Source of the DNA: Eledone cirrhosa
Lineage: Eukaryota
Assembly (NCBI GenBank): GCA_964016885.1
Contig: OZ024741.1
Span: 113,646,001-113,710,000 of the forward strand
Reading direction: 5' to 3'
DNA length: 64,000 nt
This document shows, one piece after another, positions 51,411 through 64,000 of the stretch (position 1 is its first letter; the number at the start of each line of letters is the position of its first letter). A program made the translations under genes and the position numbers. Below the pieces are notes generated by a model, which ran no database searches, was not told the origin of the DNA, and saw only the letters and a program-made list of their open reading frames with translations.

Positions 51411-53174
51411 ATTTCTATATTAAATTTGTTGTATATATATATATATTTATATAATAGTTGCTCTCATGGAAATTTCAAGGTTATTTTGAAAATAATAAGA
51501 TTGTTGAAATTTGATAGAGAAACATGAAATACATAATTTATTTTCAAATTATATCTTTTATGAAGTGGTGTTTGTTTCTCTTGAAATGGTGTAAATTTGC
51601 AGAGGTAGTAGTGAAGGTGCAGTCTTAAGAGAAAATATTCATTGGAAACTATATTCTTTGTTATATGTTTGTCAACTTGAGAATTTTTATCTATTATTTT
51701 TATCTCTATGCAAAGAAGTAAACAATATTAACTATGGAACATAATGTAAAACATTGACAATAATGTTATTCTTCTATAGTCTGATTATATTAGTAAAGAT
51801 TTAACAAATCTAAATATGCTACATACATCCATATTTTCATATCAGAGAAATGTGAATATTTTTATGGGCAAAAATGTAGACCACAAGCATAATGGTTGGA
51901 AAATATCCATGACCTTGTTTGGTTTTGCCTTGGGATTCAGCTGGATCATTTTGGAGATGGATGCTTCCAATAGGGCCTTATGAAAGGCATGGACTCTGAG
52001 GGCTCTGCTCCTATGACCCTCTCAAGTGGGAGGAGGAGGAGAAGAATAGAAACATGTATATGGCTGGACTTAAACCCATATACAGTTCCTACCTATGCCT
52101 TTTCTACATATCAAGCAAGGCCATTTCTCTGTTGGTATCAGGATCCTGTCTTATCTACTTACTTAAACTTTGATTTTGCTAAATGTGTTCTTTCTTTTTA
52201 TTTTGAAGTTTTAAAAGAGATTTTGTTGCTATTTCTAGCAGGTCAGACAACTATATATATATATATATATATATTAGCTCATATTAATAGCTTAATGATA
52301 CTAGCTTATGTAGACCATCTGTAGATTTCTGATTTCAGTGACAATCTTTATCGATATATTCAACTGGGATATTCATGACTGACTTACCAGTTTGATGTTG
52401 AAGATACTCAAAGGTTGAATTATAAAATTCACCTTTATGTAAATTTCTAAATTTAAAAGAAGATTCATCCTCATACTTATGTTTCTATAGGTGAGATATG
52501 ATAGATAGACAGATAAATAGATAGATAGATGGATGTTTAGGTGAATGGATAGATAGATAGAGAGAGGCGGACAGACAGGCAGACAAATAGATGGATAGAT
52601 AGAGAGAATAATATACAGACAAAGAGACAGACAGATGGATAGAAAGCCAGCCAGATAGATAAGTATTAGGTAGACAGACAACTATATAAACAGAAAGATA
52701 AATAAAAAGACAGACGGATAGATAGTTTAATAGGTACCCAGGTAAATAGCTAAATAGATAGGCAGATGGTTAACTTTTATGAATATTCTCATATAGAAGA
52801 TGAAAAGAATAGAATGAATAAATCCATAGAATCAGTTAGAAAACTAAAATGATAGGTTATATCAAAAAAAAGGAAACAAGATTAATGGTACAAAATTTGC
52901 AAATTTCCTGCAGAAGTGGAATAACTGGTTCAGTGTCCATCAAAACTGCAATAGTTTAGCATTAAGCACCAATGTTAAACACTTGATGCAGTCAAATGCA
53001 ATTAGATGCAAAGAATTATCTTCTTACAGCTACTAACAGAAAGGAATGTAAATTGTGAATAGAAACCAAACTTAATAATCTGAGGCTGAATACTAAACCA
53101 ATTAGCAGAAAGTAAAAGAAAACTGGGGAAGTAGCAAAATAAGCTACAATTTCTTTTCTTCTTCATTTCCACGA

Positions 53175-55690
53175 CTATCACCACAACAACTAGCACTACC
53201 ATTACTATCACTACTATCACCACCACCACCAAACTACCACAACCATCAACATCACTACTATCACCACCATCACTACTATCACCACCATCACTACTATCAC
53301 CTCCATCACAACTATCACCAACACCAAACTACCACAACCATTACTATCACCACCATCACAACCATCACTACCACCAAACCACCACAGCCATTACTATCAC
53401 TACTATCACCACCACCACAACTATCACCAACACCAAACTACCACAACCATTACTATCACCACCATCACAACCATCACCACCACCAAACCACCACAGCCAT
53501 TACTATCACTACTATCACCACCACCACAACTATCACCAACACCAAACTACCACAACCATTACTATCACCACCATCACAACCATCACCACCACCAAACCAC
53601 CACAGCCATTACTATCACTACTATCACCACCATCACAACCATCACCACCACCAAACCACCACAGCCATTACTATCACTACTATCACCACCACCACAACTA
53701 TCACCAACACCAAACTACCACAACCATTACTATCACCACCATCACAACCATCACCACCACCAAACCACCACAGCCATTACTATCACTACTATCACCACCA
53801 CCACAACTATCACCAACACCAAACTACCACAACCATTACTATCACCACCATCACAACCATCACCACCACCAAACCACCACAGCCATTACTATCACTACTA
53901 TCACCACCACCACAACTATCACCAACACCAAACTACCACAACCATTACTATCACCACCATCACAACCATCACTACCACCAAACCACCACAGCCATTACTA
54001 TCACTACTATCACCACCACCACAACCATCACCAACACCAAACTACCACAGCCATTACTATCACTACTATCACCACCATCACAACCATCACCAACACCAAA
54101 CTACCACAGCCATTACTATCACTACTATCACCACCACCACAACTATCACCAACACCAAACCACCACAACCATTACTATCACTACTATTACCACCACCACA
54201 ACTATCACCAACACCAAACTACCACAACCATTACTATCACTACTATCACCACCACCACAACCATCACCAACACCAAACCACCACAACCATTACTATCACT
54301 ACTATCACCACCACCACAACTATCACCAACACCAAACCACCACAGCCATTACTATCACTACTATCACCACCATCACTACTATCACCACCACCACAACCAT
54401 CACCGCCACCAAACCACCACAGCCATTACTATCACTACTATCACCACCACCACAACCATCACCAACACCAAACCACCACAGCCATTACTATCACTACTAT
54501 CACCACCACCACAACTATCACCAACACCAAACCACCACAGCCATTACTATCACTACTATCACCACCATCACTACTATCACCACCACCACAACCATCACCA
54601 ACACCAAACTACCACAACCATTACTATCACTACTATCACCACCACCACAACCATCACCACCACCAAACCACCACACCCATTACTATCACTACTATCACCA
54701 CCACCACAACCATCACCACCACCAAACCACCACACTCATTACTATCACTACTATCACCACCACTACAACCATCACCACCACCAAACCACCACACCGACTA
54801 CTATCACTACTATCACCACCACCACAACCATCACCACCACAGCCATTACTATCACTACTATCACCACCACCACAACCATCACCACCACCAAACCACCACA
54901 CCCACTACTATCACTACTATCACCACCACCACAACCATCACCACCACCAAATTACCACAGCCATTACTATCACTACTATCACCACCACCACAACCATCAC
55001 CACCACCAAATTACCACAGCCATTACTATCACTACTATCACCACCACCACAACCATCACCACCACCAAATTACCACAGCCATTACTATCACTACTATCAC
55101 CACCACCACAACCATCACCACCACCAAATTACCACAGCCATTACTATCACTACTATCACCACCACCACAACCATCACCACCACCAAATTACCACAGCCAT
55201 TACTATCACTACTATCACCACCACCACAACCATCACAACCATCACCCCCAAACTACCACAACTATTATTATCACTACCACTACAACCATTACTATCACCA
55301 CTACTACTGCTACCACCTCTACAACCACTACCACCATCACCACCACAACAACTACCATAACTATTATTACTACAACCATCACCTCTCTATCACCACAATC
55401 ACAACTACTATCAAAATCACCACCATTGCCATCTCCACTACCATCATCACTATCATTACAACGACTACCATCATAATCATCATCATCATCATCACTAACA
55501 ACAACACTACTATTACCAATACCACCATCACCACACCTTCATTACTGAACCACCTTCACCCCCACTACCAATACAACCACCATCACCATCACATCACCAT
55601 TACTACACCACCACCATACCACCACCACAACTATTACCACCTTCATCACTGTGACACCATCATAACACCACCATCACCACACCACCACCA
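53175..55690. repeat. ACC/ATC/ACT-derived minisatellite, 59-bp unit with a 109-bp higher-order repeat
   Basis: CAGCCA recurs at 53385, 53494 and 53603 (109 bp apart); 59-bp period at 54961-55200. Confidence 0.9.
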
Positions 55691-56099
55691 GTCGCCATAT
55701 TTAAATAGTAAAAGGATGTATTTGAATATCATGTTAATTAAGACTTGGTCTATTCAAAATGATTTAATTGGATTTTACATGAGACCACTATCTATGAATG
55801 TTGGAACCAATGTAATTACTTAGCGAAATAAAGGGGAAAGGAAACCCTAGGAAATGACGTTATTTTTAAGTAAAGGGCTAGGATTTCATGTGACACCAGA
55901 ATTGTCTCTCTTCCAATGGCCTTGTGTTTAGGTTGTAAGTTCGATTATTGGGCTGGGTGGTGCATTGTTCTTAAGAAAGATATTTCATGTATCATCAACA
56001 GCAGCAGCTGAGGGTTAACCCCTGCAATGGACTGATGTCTGGATCAGATGAAATAGAGGTGTTTTCATGAGAGGTCTGGAGCTCCTATCATTAAAACAC

Positions 56100-56600
56100 C
56101 CAAGAAACTTCCTATTAGATATTGGAACACTGATTTTTATTCCTGCCATGCATCACTTGAGAGCAAACCTATCAAGTGCATGTCAGAGGCCACCTTCTGG
56201 CGAATTAAGTAGTACAATGTTGTCCACAAATTCCAGCCAACTGATCCTACACCCATCAATCTTGATACCATGTCAATCCTGTCCATGGAAATTATGAACA
56301 GAAGTGAGAGTACACGCCCTTGGCAGAGTCTGAGACCCACATTGAATGGTTTTGACTTAGCACTATTTATCCAAACACAAATACTAGAGCAATCATATAG
56401 AGACAACAGGGCAGCGAGAATCTGTCCATCGATCCTGCAGAACCTTTCTCAACAGGTCCCATGGAACATGGTCATATGCCTTTTCAAGGTCTATAAAACA
56501 AGCATACACCTTTTGGTTGTACTCACATAATTTCTCAAAGACCTGCCTCAGTGTAAATATTTGCTCAGCTGTGCTGTGTCCAGGGTGAAAACCACACAGT
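56100..56600 (-). mobile_element. Degraded RTE-type RT fragment
   Basis: Reverse strand GFHPGHSTAEQIF, CFIDLEKAYD, GLRLCQGRVLSLLF; 57180-57600 and 16405-16960 look like related 3' parts. Confidence 0.7.
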
Positions 56601-58232
56601 TTGTCAAATTAACTACTATCATTAATTATTTGATTACTAAGGTAGTAATGTAACATATGGTTCTTATATATAAATATGTTGGAAGATTTGATTTTAAATT
56701 ATGAATCCTTTAAAATGGATGGTTTTGTTTCATAGAACCAGAAATAGTTTTGACTGGGTTAATATCTGTAATGAATATCTTGTTATATATCGCTGAAGCT
56801 CACGGAGGAGATGACAAAGGACCATGATGAATGGAGAGATGCCATGCTTAATAGGACCCATCCCACCCTTGCAAGCAGGGAAAAACAGATGTAAAATGAT
56901 GATGATGATGATGATATCATTATATTCATGGAGTGTTGGAGAAAATTAGTTGAAGCAGCATAGCTGAATGGTTAAGAAGTTTGTATTACAATGATTTGGT
57001 CCTGGGTTCAATCCCAATGCATAGCATTTTGGTCAAATGTCATTTACTACAGTCTTAAGTCAACCTTTTGAGTGAAATTGGTGGATGGAAACTGTTTGGA
57101 AGCCTATTACATAGACTATGCCTGTAATTCAGAAAACCAACTTTGTCACACATTATGTTATGCTTAATCTTCTTCTTCTTCTACTTTTTCTTCTTCTTCA
57201 TCCCACTTATTCCTGAGAAGATCGTGGGGCCAGAGTCCTCAAACACTCCCTCCAGTGGATCCTGTCAGAAGCAACTGTTTCCAAGCGAGACCACCCAAGC
57301 TCATGGATGTTATCAAACCATGTTGCTGGGGGTCTACCCCTGAGTCCCCTGCTGGTTGGTTTTGCCCGTAAAATCTGTCTAACGATTCTTTACTGAGACA
57401 TTTTAACCACATGCCCATAGTATTGTAGCTGTGATCTCTTAATTCATAGAAGTAGAGGCCCTAGCTGGAGGGATTCTCTGATTTTCGATCTACGCACTCT
57501 ATTGAGTAACATTACTCTAAAGACCCTTGGGAGGAACCCCATGCTGAATCTCTATGAAAATTATGTTATTACTACACGTATCTGTACAAAGTTTCATGAG
57601 CAGGTTGTTCATGAGCAGATTTTGGAAATAGCTTTCAATAGGGAAAAGGCACTCTCACTGATACAAATGATGGTTGTTCATTAATTTCATGAGCAGGTTG
57701 TTCTGTTGATCAAATAATGGGAAGCTCTGGTGTCCTTCATCCCCACACTACCGATTTCTTCTGCAAAATCAGGAAGAAAACAGGTCACCTGAAGAGGGAG
57801 GCCCATGGTGACTGGTGCAGTGTGTGTTGCTGGCCATTCTCCATGGCAATGCGTTTGCCATTCTGTCTGCAGGGTACAGCAGAATCACTACTCAGACTGG
57901 AATGTAGAGTCTGTCCCCACCTCTCTCACTTTCCTTTGTTGCTTAATTCTCTTATTTATTTTTCTTCTTTCCCTTTCATTTTTTTTTGTTTCATTTAAAT
58001 ATCATTATTTTGCAACAAATTATATTTACCACAATAACAAAAACATTGTCATAGACATAGTTCATTTAACAAATGTCCGTGTATAAAATAATTACATTAA
58101 GTGTACATTAGTCTGTGGAGTGTCTGTTGAAATCAACAAAAACAGTTTGGAAGCCCATCAGATGGTAGGTAGTGCAAGCCTTGTCGCATACTGCATCATG
58201 CTGAATTTCTGAGAATTACTTTAAGGTAACAT

Positions 58233-58620
58233 TATCATCATCATCATCATTTTATGTCTGTTGTTCTATACTTGCATTGGTTGAATGGGCCCTTCTCAGT
58301 ACAGCATCTCCCCACTTCTTGCATTCCTTTCTCATCTCCTTTGTGAGCTTTAGTGATCTGAGATCAGCTCTCACCACTTCAACCCAGGTCTTCCATGGTC
58401 TTCCTCTACTGTGGTTTCCTTCCACTGGGATTACTTGGTACCTCTTCACCCAGCAATCTTCATCCATGCACATCACATATCAATACCAACACAGTCTCCT
58501 CATATACTCAGTTTCTCTCTCAGTTCATCCATGCTTTGTCATTCTCGCACATTAACATTGCACATCCATCGAAACATGCTTGCCTCATTTCTCTCCAGCC
58601 TCCACATGTCCTCTGTGGAA
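58233..58620 (-). mobile_element. RTE LINE 3' fragment
   Basis: RLERNEASMFRWMC, GRPWKTW; (CAT)n tail. Confidence 0.85.
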
Positions 58621-58863
58621 TGCTCAGCTACTTGTGTATTTATTTCTGTTGATTGAACAACTGTAACACTCATTGTCAGTATTGGTGGAGCGCCAATCCT
58701 TGGTGAAACTTCTGAATATCTCATTGTGATATTCTTGGTAGAATTGGTAGTGTATCAGATAAAATGTAATTGCAGTATTTTTCTGGGGTTTTTTTTTTTT
58801 ACATTCTGAGTTCAAATCTCTCTGATATCAGCATTTCTGTTCATCCTCCTGGGGTTCATTTAA

Positions 58864-59082
58864 CCCTTTAGCATTCACATTAATCTATATTTACTATTCT
58901 ATTTTCATGATAAAGTCTTTACCTCACATAATTATCTCATAATATCGAATCTATGAGATTTTGATATTATTTATTTTGAGGACAATACCTTAACATCAGT
59001 ATAAGCGGCCGTTTACAGCCAGTTTGAACAGAATGGGGCGAGAGAATTCTGGTGGGATATGGCTAGTTTAAATGGTAAAGGG
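58864..59082. mobile_element. piggyBac-like MITE inside a family-2 SINE
   Basis: TTAA|CCCTTTAGCATT ... AATGGTAAAGGG|TTAA. Confidence 0.75.
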
Positions 59083-59399
59083 TTAATCAACTTTACCCTT
59101 ACTTCAAATTTGCTGGCCTTGTACCTAAATTATAAATCAATATCTCATGTGTTCAAGGTGTGTTTGTGAAATTTATTAATAACTCAGGTTGTTATATTCA
59201 TGGTATGACTTCAACGATTTTCTACTCTTTGTGCAGCATGAGTGACTCCATTAGTTTACACTAATTATTTTTCTACACATTAAAATTCTCTGATTCTCAC
59301 TCTCTTGTTCCACTTTCTCCAGTAGAATTTCAAATCATCCAGCAGAATAGCTGCAACTTATATGTTCTCCCTGTGGATTTCAAATCCCCGCTCCTCCTC

Positions 59400-59576
59400 C
59401 TTCTTCTTCTTCTTCTTCTTCTTCTTCTTCTTCTTCTTCTTCTTCTTCTTTTTCTTCTTCTTCTTCTTCTTCTTCTTTTTTTCTTCTTCTTCTTCTTCTT
59501 GTTCTTCTTCTTCTTCTTCTTGTTGTTCTTCTTCTTCTTCTTCTTCTTCTTCTTCTTCTTCTTCTTCTTCTTCTTC
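59400..59576. repeat. (TTC)n microsatellite
   Basis: Direct reading. Confidence 0.95.
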
Positions 59577-61804
59577 AGTGTCCATTTTCCTTGGTAGCAA
59601 AGGTTGGATGGGTTGTCACAGACCAGGTCAATAATTAATCTGAACTATTGACCTTTCAGATCAGCCAGGTGCTGCATCTCACACATGTTCCTGCATTCTA
59701 CAGACTGCAATAGGTGCATTTTATCATGGTACCAAGACTAGGTGTCATCTCAATACTTTTTTTAACAAGTTTTCTATGGTTGTATGCCTATCACCAACAA
59801 CTTTACAGAATCTACTGGGTGTATTTTATTTTGTTGCTAACACTGGAGAGGTTCCCATGCCCTTGACATACCTGAAGAGTATTCTCAAACCTCATCATCC
59901 ATTTACATCTGTATGCCATACAGACATGGGTTGGACATGTTGTTATGATCTGAGATTTGACATGTCAAAGAATCCCATTTTACACATACATTACATAGAA
60001 ACCAAATCATATATGAAACATATAAACCCTATGGTGAACTTAGCTATGAAAACTATTGATTGATCGAATCAATCAACAAGTTCCTGACCTTATTTGCTTA
60101 TTGAGTTGGGTGGAACCCTTCAAATCAGACTGAGGAAACAGTGGGAAACAATTTCCATTGGTCTTTCCATTGCTGATTGCTGATGCTATCTACTCTATCT
60201 ACTGGTTGTAACTCCGAGCATAAGGGACAATATGAAATAAAGTGTTTCAAGGACCTAATGCATCACCTAGTCTGGGAATCATACGTGCAAGCTCATGATT
60301 ACAAATCCAATTCTCTAACCACTAAGCCATATGCCAAAGATTGTACTCTGGACAAGTTTGGGAGAGCAATCAGAATACGGTTCTGTGTTCTAATGGAACA
60401 GCATCAGAAAACACTACTCCATTTGACCTTGCTTTCTTTTAATATTCAGCTTATATATGAATTTAGTAAAAGGAAATAAAAAGTAGTTGTCATTGAATTT
60501 CTATGAAATAAATATGAAGATATATCATGAAATCTTTATAAAAGACAACCTACACCCACAACACACTATGTATATGAAATAAAAAGAATGATTTCTATGG
60601 AACATTTCTTTTTTACACACACATACATTTACATACACATCTTCACTTCATTGAGAAAAGATATAATGGGTGATATTCAGAATTCAGGTCATGGTATAAA
60701 CACGCACGCATGCACTCTCACACACACACATACAATGTTATTTTAGTAATATAGATTAATGTAAAAGAAGGAATTTCAAAATTTAATGAATAATTAATGA
60801 GGGTCACGCCAGATTTGGAGTGAGTCAAATAATAAAAGAAACTAAGAAAGTTCACTAAGAAGGAAATAATTTGTCATGCCAACCGCTGTTCATCTTCTCA
60901 AAATATTTATATCTCTCACTCAGCTAGGATCTGGCAAGTACAGATAAGATTATACTTCATTGAGAAGACCTAGTAAGACTGAAACATGTCTTGGACAGAA
61001 ATGTCACACATTCACTGCTTCAATTTTTAGTTACCCCTTTTGATATCAACCTACTTGAAACTGTCCCTCATTATATATCACAAAACCTTGGTGTTGTAAG
61101 ACACAAACTAAACCAGATGTTACTTTATGTAACATCTGCTACTAAATAGCAGATGTCACTTTATGTAACATCTGCTACTAAATCCCTTCCACTGTTGAAT
61201 TTTTTTTGATTCTTGAAAATTTTAAGCAATATCCTTCATTGAAATATGGTAATAAAAGGGATTAATTTGGATTTCAAAGTTACCTTACTTGGCTTTCTTC
61301 ATTAGAATTAAAGCTAATGATTTTTTTCTCGCCAATTTGGGGATAATTTCAATTAATTAAAATTATTGTTTTTATTGACTATACTGAGTATGTTAGCCTC
61401 CACCTAATTAAGAAGGAAATACACAAGACAATTGAGACATAAATTCATATATACTTGTTAATTATTGATCTAGAGAGGACAGTGACAAGGTCATACCTTT
61501 TGACAGTTTAAAGACAAACGTGATACTATTGACAAATGATGGCTAAAACCTACCATATAGATCATTCGATGTAAAATAATGATATATGTCTTTCAATTTA
61601 TATTTTATCTCATTCGATTTTCATTTTTTTAAAGCACACACACCCCATTATCATCATCATCTCCATCATCATTGTTTAATATTGACTCATCTATGCTGAC
61701 ATAGGTTGAATGGGACTAGTTGAGGCAATGTTACAGCTGAATGACCTTCCTGACACTAAATCTTTTGGATGCTTCTGAACCAGATACACATAGATGTGAT
61801 GATT

Positions 61805-62095
61805 ATCATCATCATCATCATCATCATTTTACGTCCGCTTTTCCCTGCTTGCAAGGGTGGGACGGGAACTGATTCTGGCTTGATTTCTACAGCTGGATGC
61901 CCTTCCTAACACCAACCTCATTTACAATGGAATGATAGGGAACCCAGTCCTATCATCTCATTTCTACACCTGAACTGGAGCAATGTGAAATAAAGTGTCT
62001 TGCTCAAGGAAACAACACATCACCTGGTCTGAGAATTGAACTCACAACCTTTCGATTGCAAAGCCAATGCTCTAACCACTAAGCCATGTGCCTCC
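61805..62095 (-). mobile_element. SINE family 1 (module deleted)
   Basis: Head and tail present. Confidence 0.9.
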
Positions 62096-62456
62096 ATTAT
62101 ATATATACATACATACACACACACATATACATATATATATATATATATATATACTATAGAGTAAAGCATGTCCAGAGAATTATTTGATAATATATATACA
62201 TCATCTCTACTCCCAATCAGCATAATTAACCACACAAAAAATCAATTAGACGAGGCTATAAGAATAAAAGGCATCTATGAAGAAACATTAAATAAATACT
62301 CCATCGTGGCGTCTTCGCGTGCAACCGCTATAGAATATTTACCCAACATTTCGACAGCACGTGGAAATTAATTAAATACACGGTCAACCATACATAATTA
62401 GGTAAACATTAATGTTAGAAATGCTTATATACATACCAGGACTAAATCACTAAATC

Positions 62457-63121
<665 letters not shown>

Positions 63122-63144
63122 CAGAGAGAAAGAGAGAGAGAAAT

Positions 63145-63188
63145 AGCTTCTACAGGACTAGAACTGTTTCATTCAAAAGATATCATCA
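63145..63188 (-). ncRNA. Family C hammerhead truncated inside the core
   Basis: (a)UGAUGA..GAAU-GAAA-CAG(uucuaguc)CUG-UA-GAAGCU. Confidence 0.6.
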
Positions 63189-64000
63189 TTTAACATCTAT
63201 TTTCCCCACTAATAAAGGTTGGGTTGGGTTGGGTTAGTCATCATAGGCAAATCAGTACTCCAGCAGAGCTGCTGATCCTTAAGATAGGTCAGAGGCCTGC
63301 TTCATTTTTATATGTGTTCCTGTACTCTATCAATTGCTCCAATGAATCAGAGGCCCACATTTGACTTACATCCCATCCTCTGCTCTACCAAGATTATTTT
63401 ATCATGGAACCAATACTATGAGTATATATATGCATTCTCTCCTTTTTGTCTGGGCCTTCCTCAGTTTCAACAATGAATGTTCCAGTTTTTCAATAAACAA
63501 AACAGCCTGCTTAGAAATTAATGTGCAAATGATTGATGATTCCACAGACACATGTATGTTTCTCATGGAGATTCACAGTGTGTGATATAGCTGGACATTT
63601 GAATTAATAATAAAGACTTCCAAACAGTTTCTGTCTAACCAACTTCACTCACGAATAACAAATGCCTAAGATGCCACTTCAACATCATATGCCACACTCA
63701 CACACACATCTAATGTAAACTACAGCACACACATTAACAAATAATCTGAACATACATGATTCGCTCCCTTAAGTTATAGGTATTAGTGTGGATTTGGCAG
63801 GGAAATGAGTGAAGGGTAGGGATGGCTGATTAGTATATAGGGATGTGATCAATATGGTCGGTGGGCAGGTATATATTTGTATCTGTGTGATTGTTTCTGA
63901 AGAGACCAGTAAGAAAATCTCATTGTGGATTTTAGCTCCATAAAATGTGTTTTCTTCAAAACCAAAATGATTGTAAAACAATGAGTCAATACTCCTTCTT

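Noticed and set aside
59358-59634. Poly-E/K, poly-F/S and poly-L ORFs
   Set aside because: Translations of (TTC)n.

Overview
AT-rich eukaryotic DNA, almost certainly cephalopod (octopus-like), judged from the tRNA-headed SINEs, RTE LINEs and dense (TA)n/(CA)n/(ATC)n microsatellites. It is mostly intron of a + strand M1-family aminopeptidase gene; only one exon is clear (46855-46982). Nearly all listed ORFs are microsatellite artefacts. Recognisable protein-coding relics are RTE reverse transcriptases (one with a PHD finger inside the RT), a DD37D (maT) Tc1/mariner transposase and a Penelope-like (PLE) GIY-YIG endonuclease. The main signal is about 20 minimal type-I hammerhead ribozyme (HHR) motifs in at least 9 mostly non-coding sequence families. 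These sit in (TA)n tracts as fold-backs, partial tandems or circularly permuted units with short tails, i.e. a population of PLE-type, retrozyme-like non-autonomous elements. Two families share an octamer/TATA cassette at near-identical spacing upstream of the ribozyme. All structures were folded by eye; none was computed or tested.
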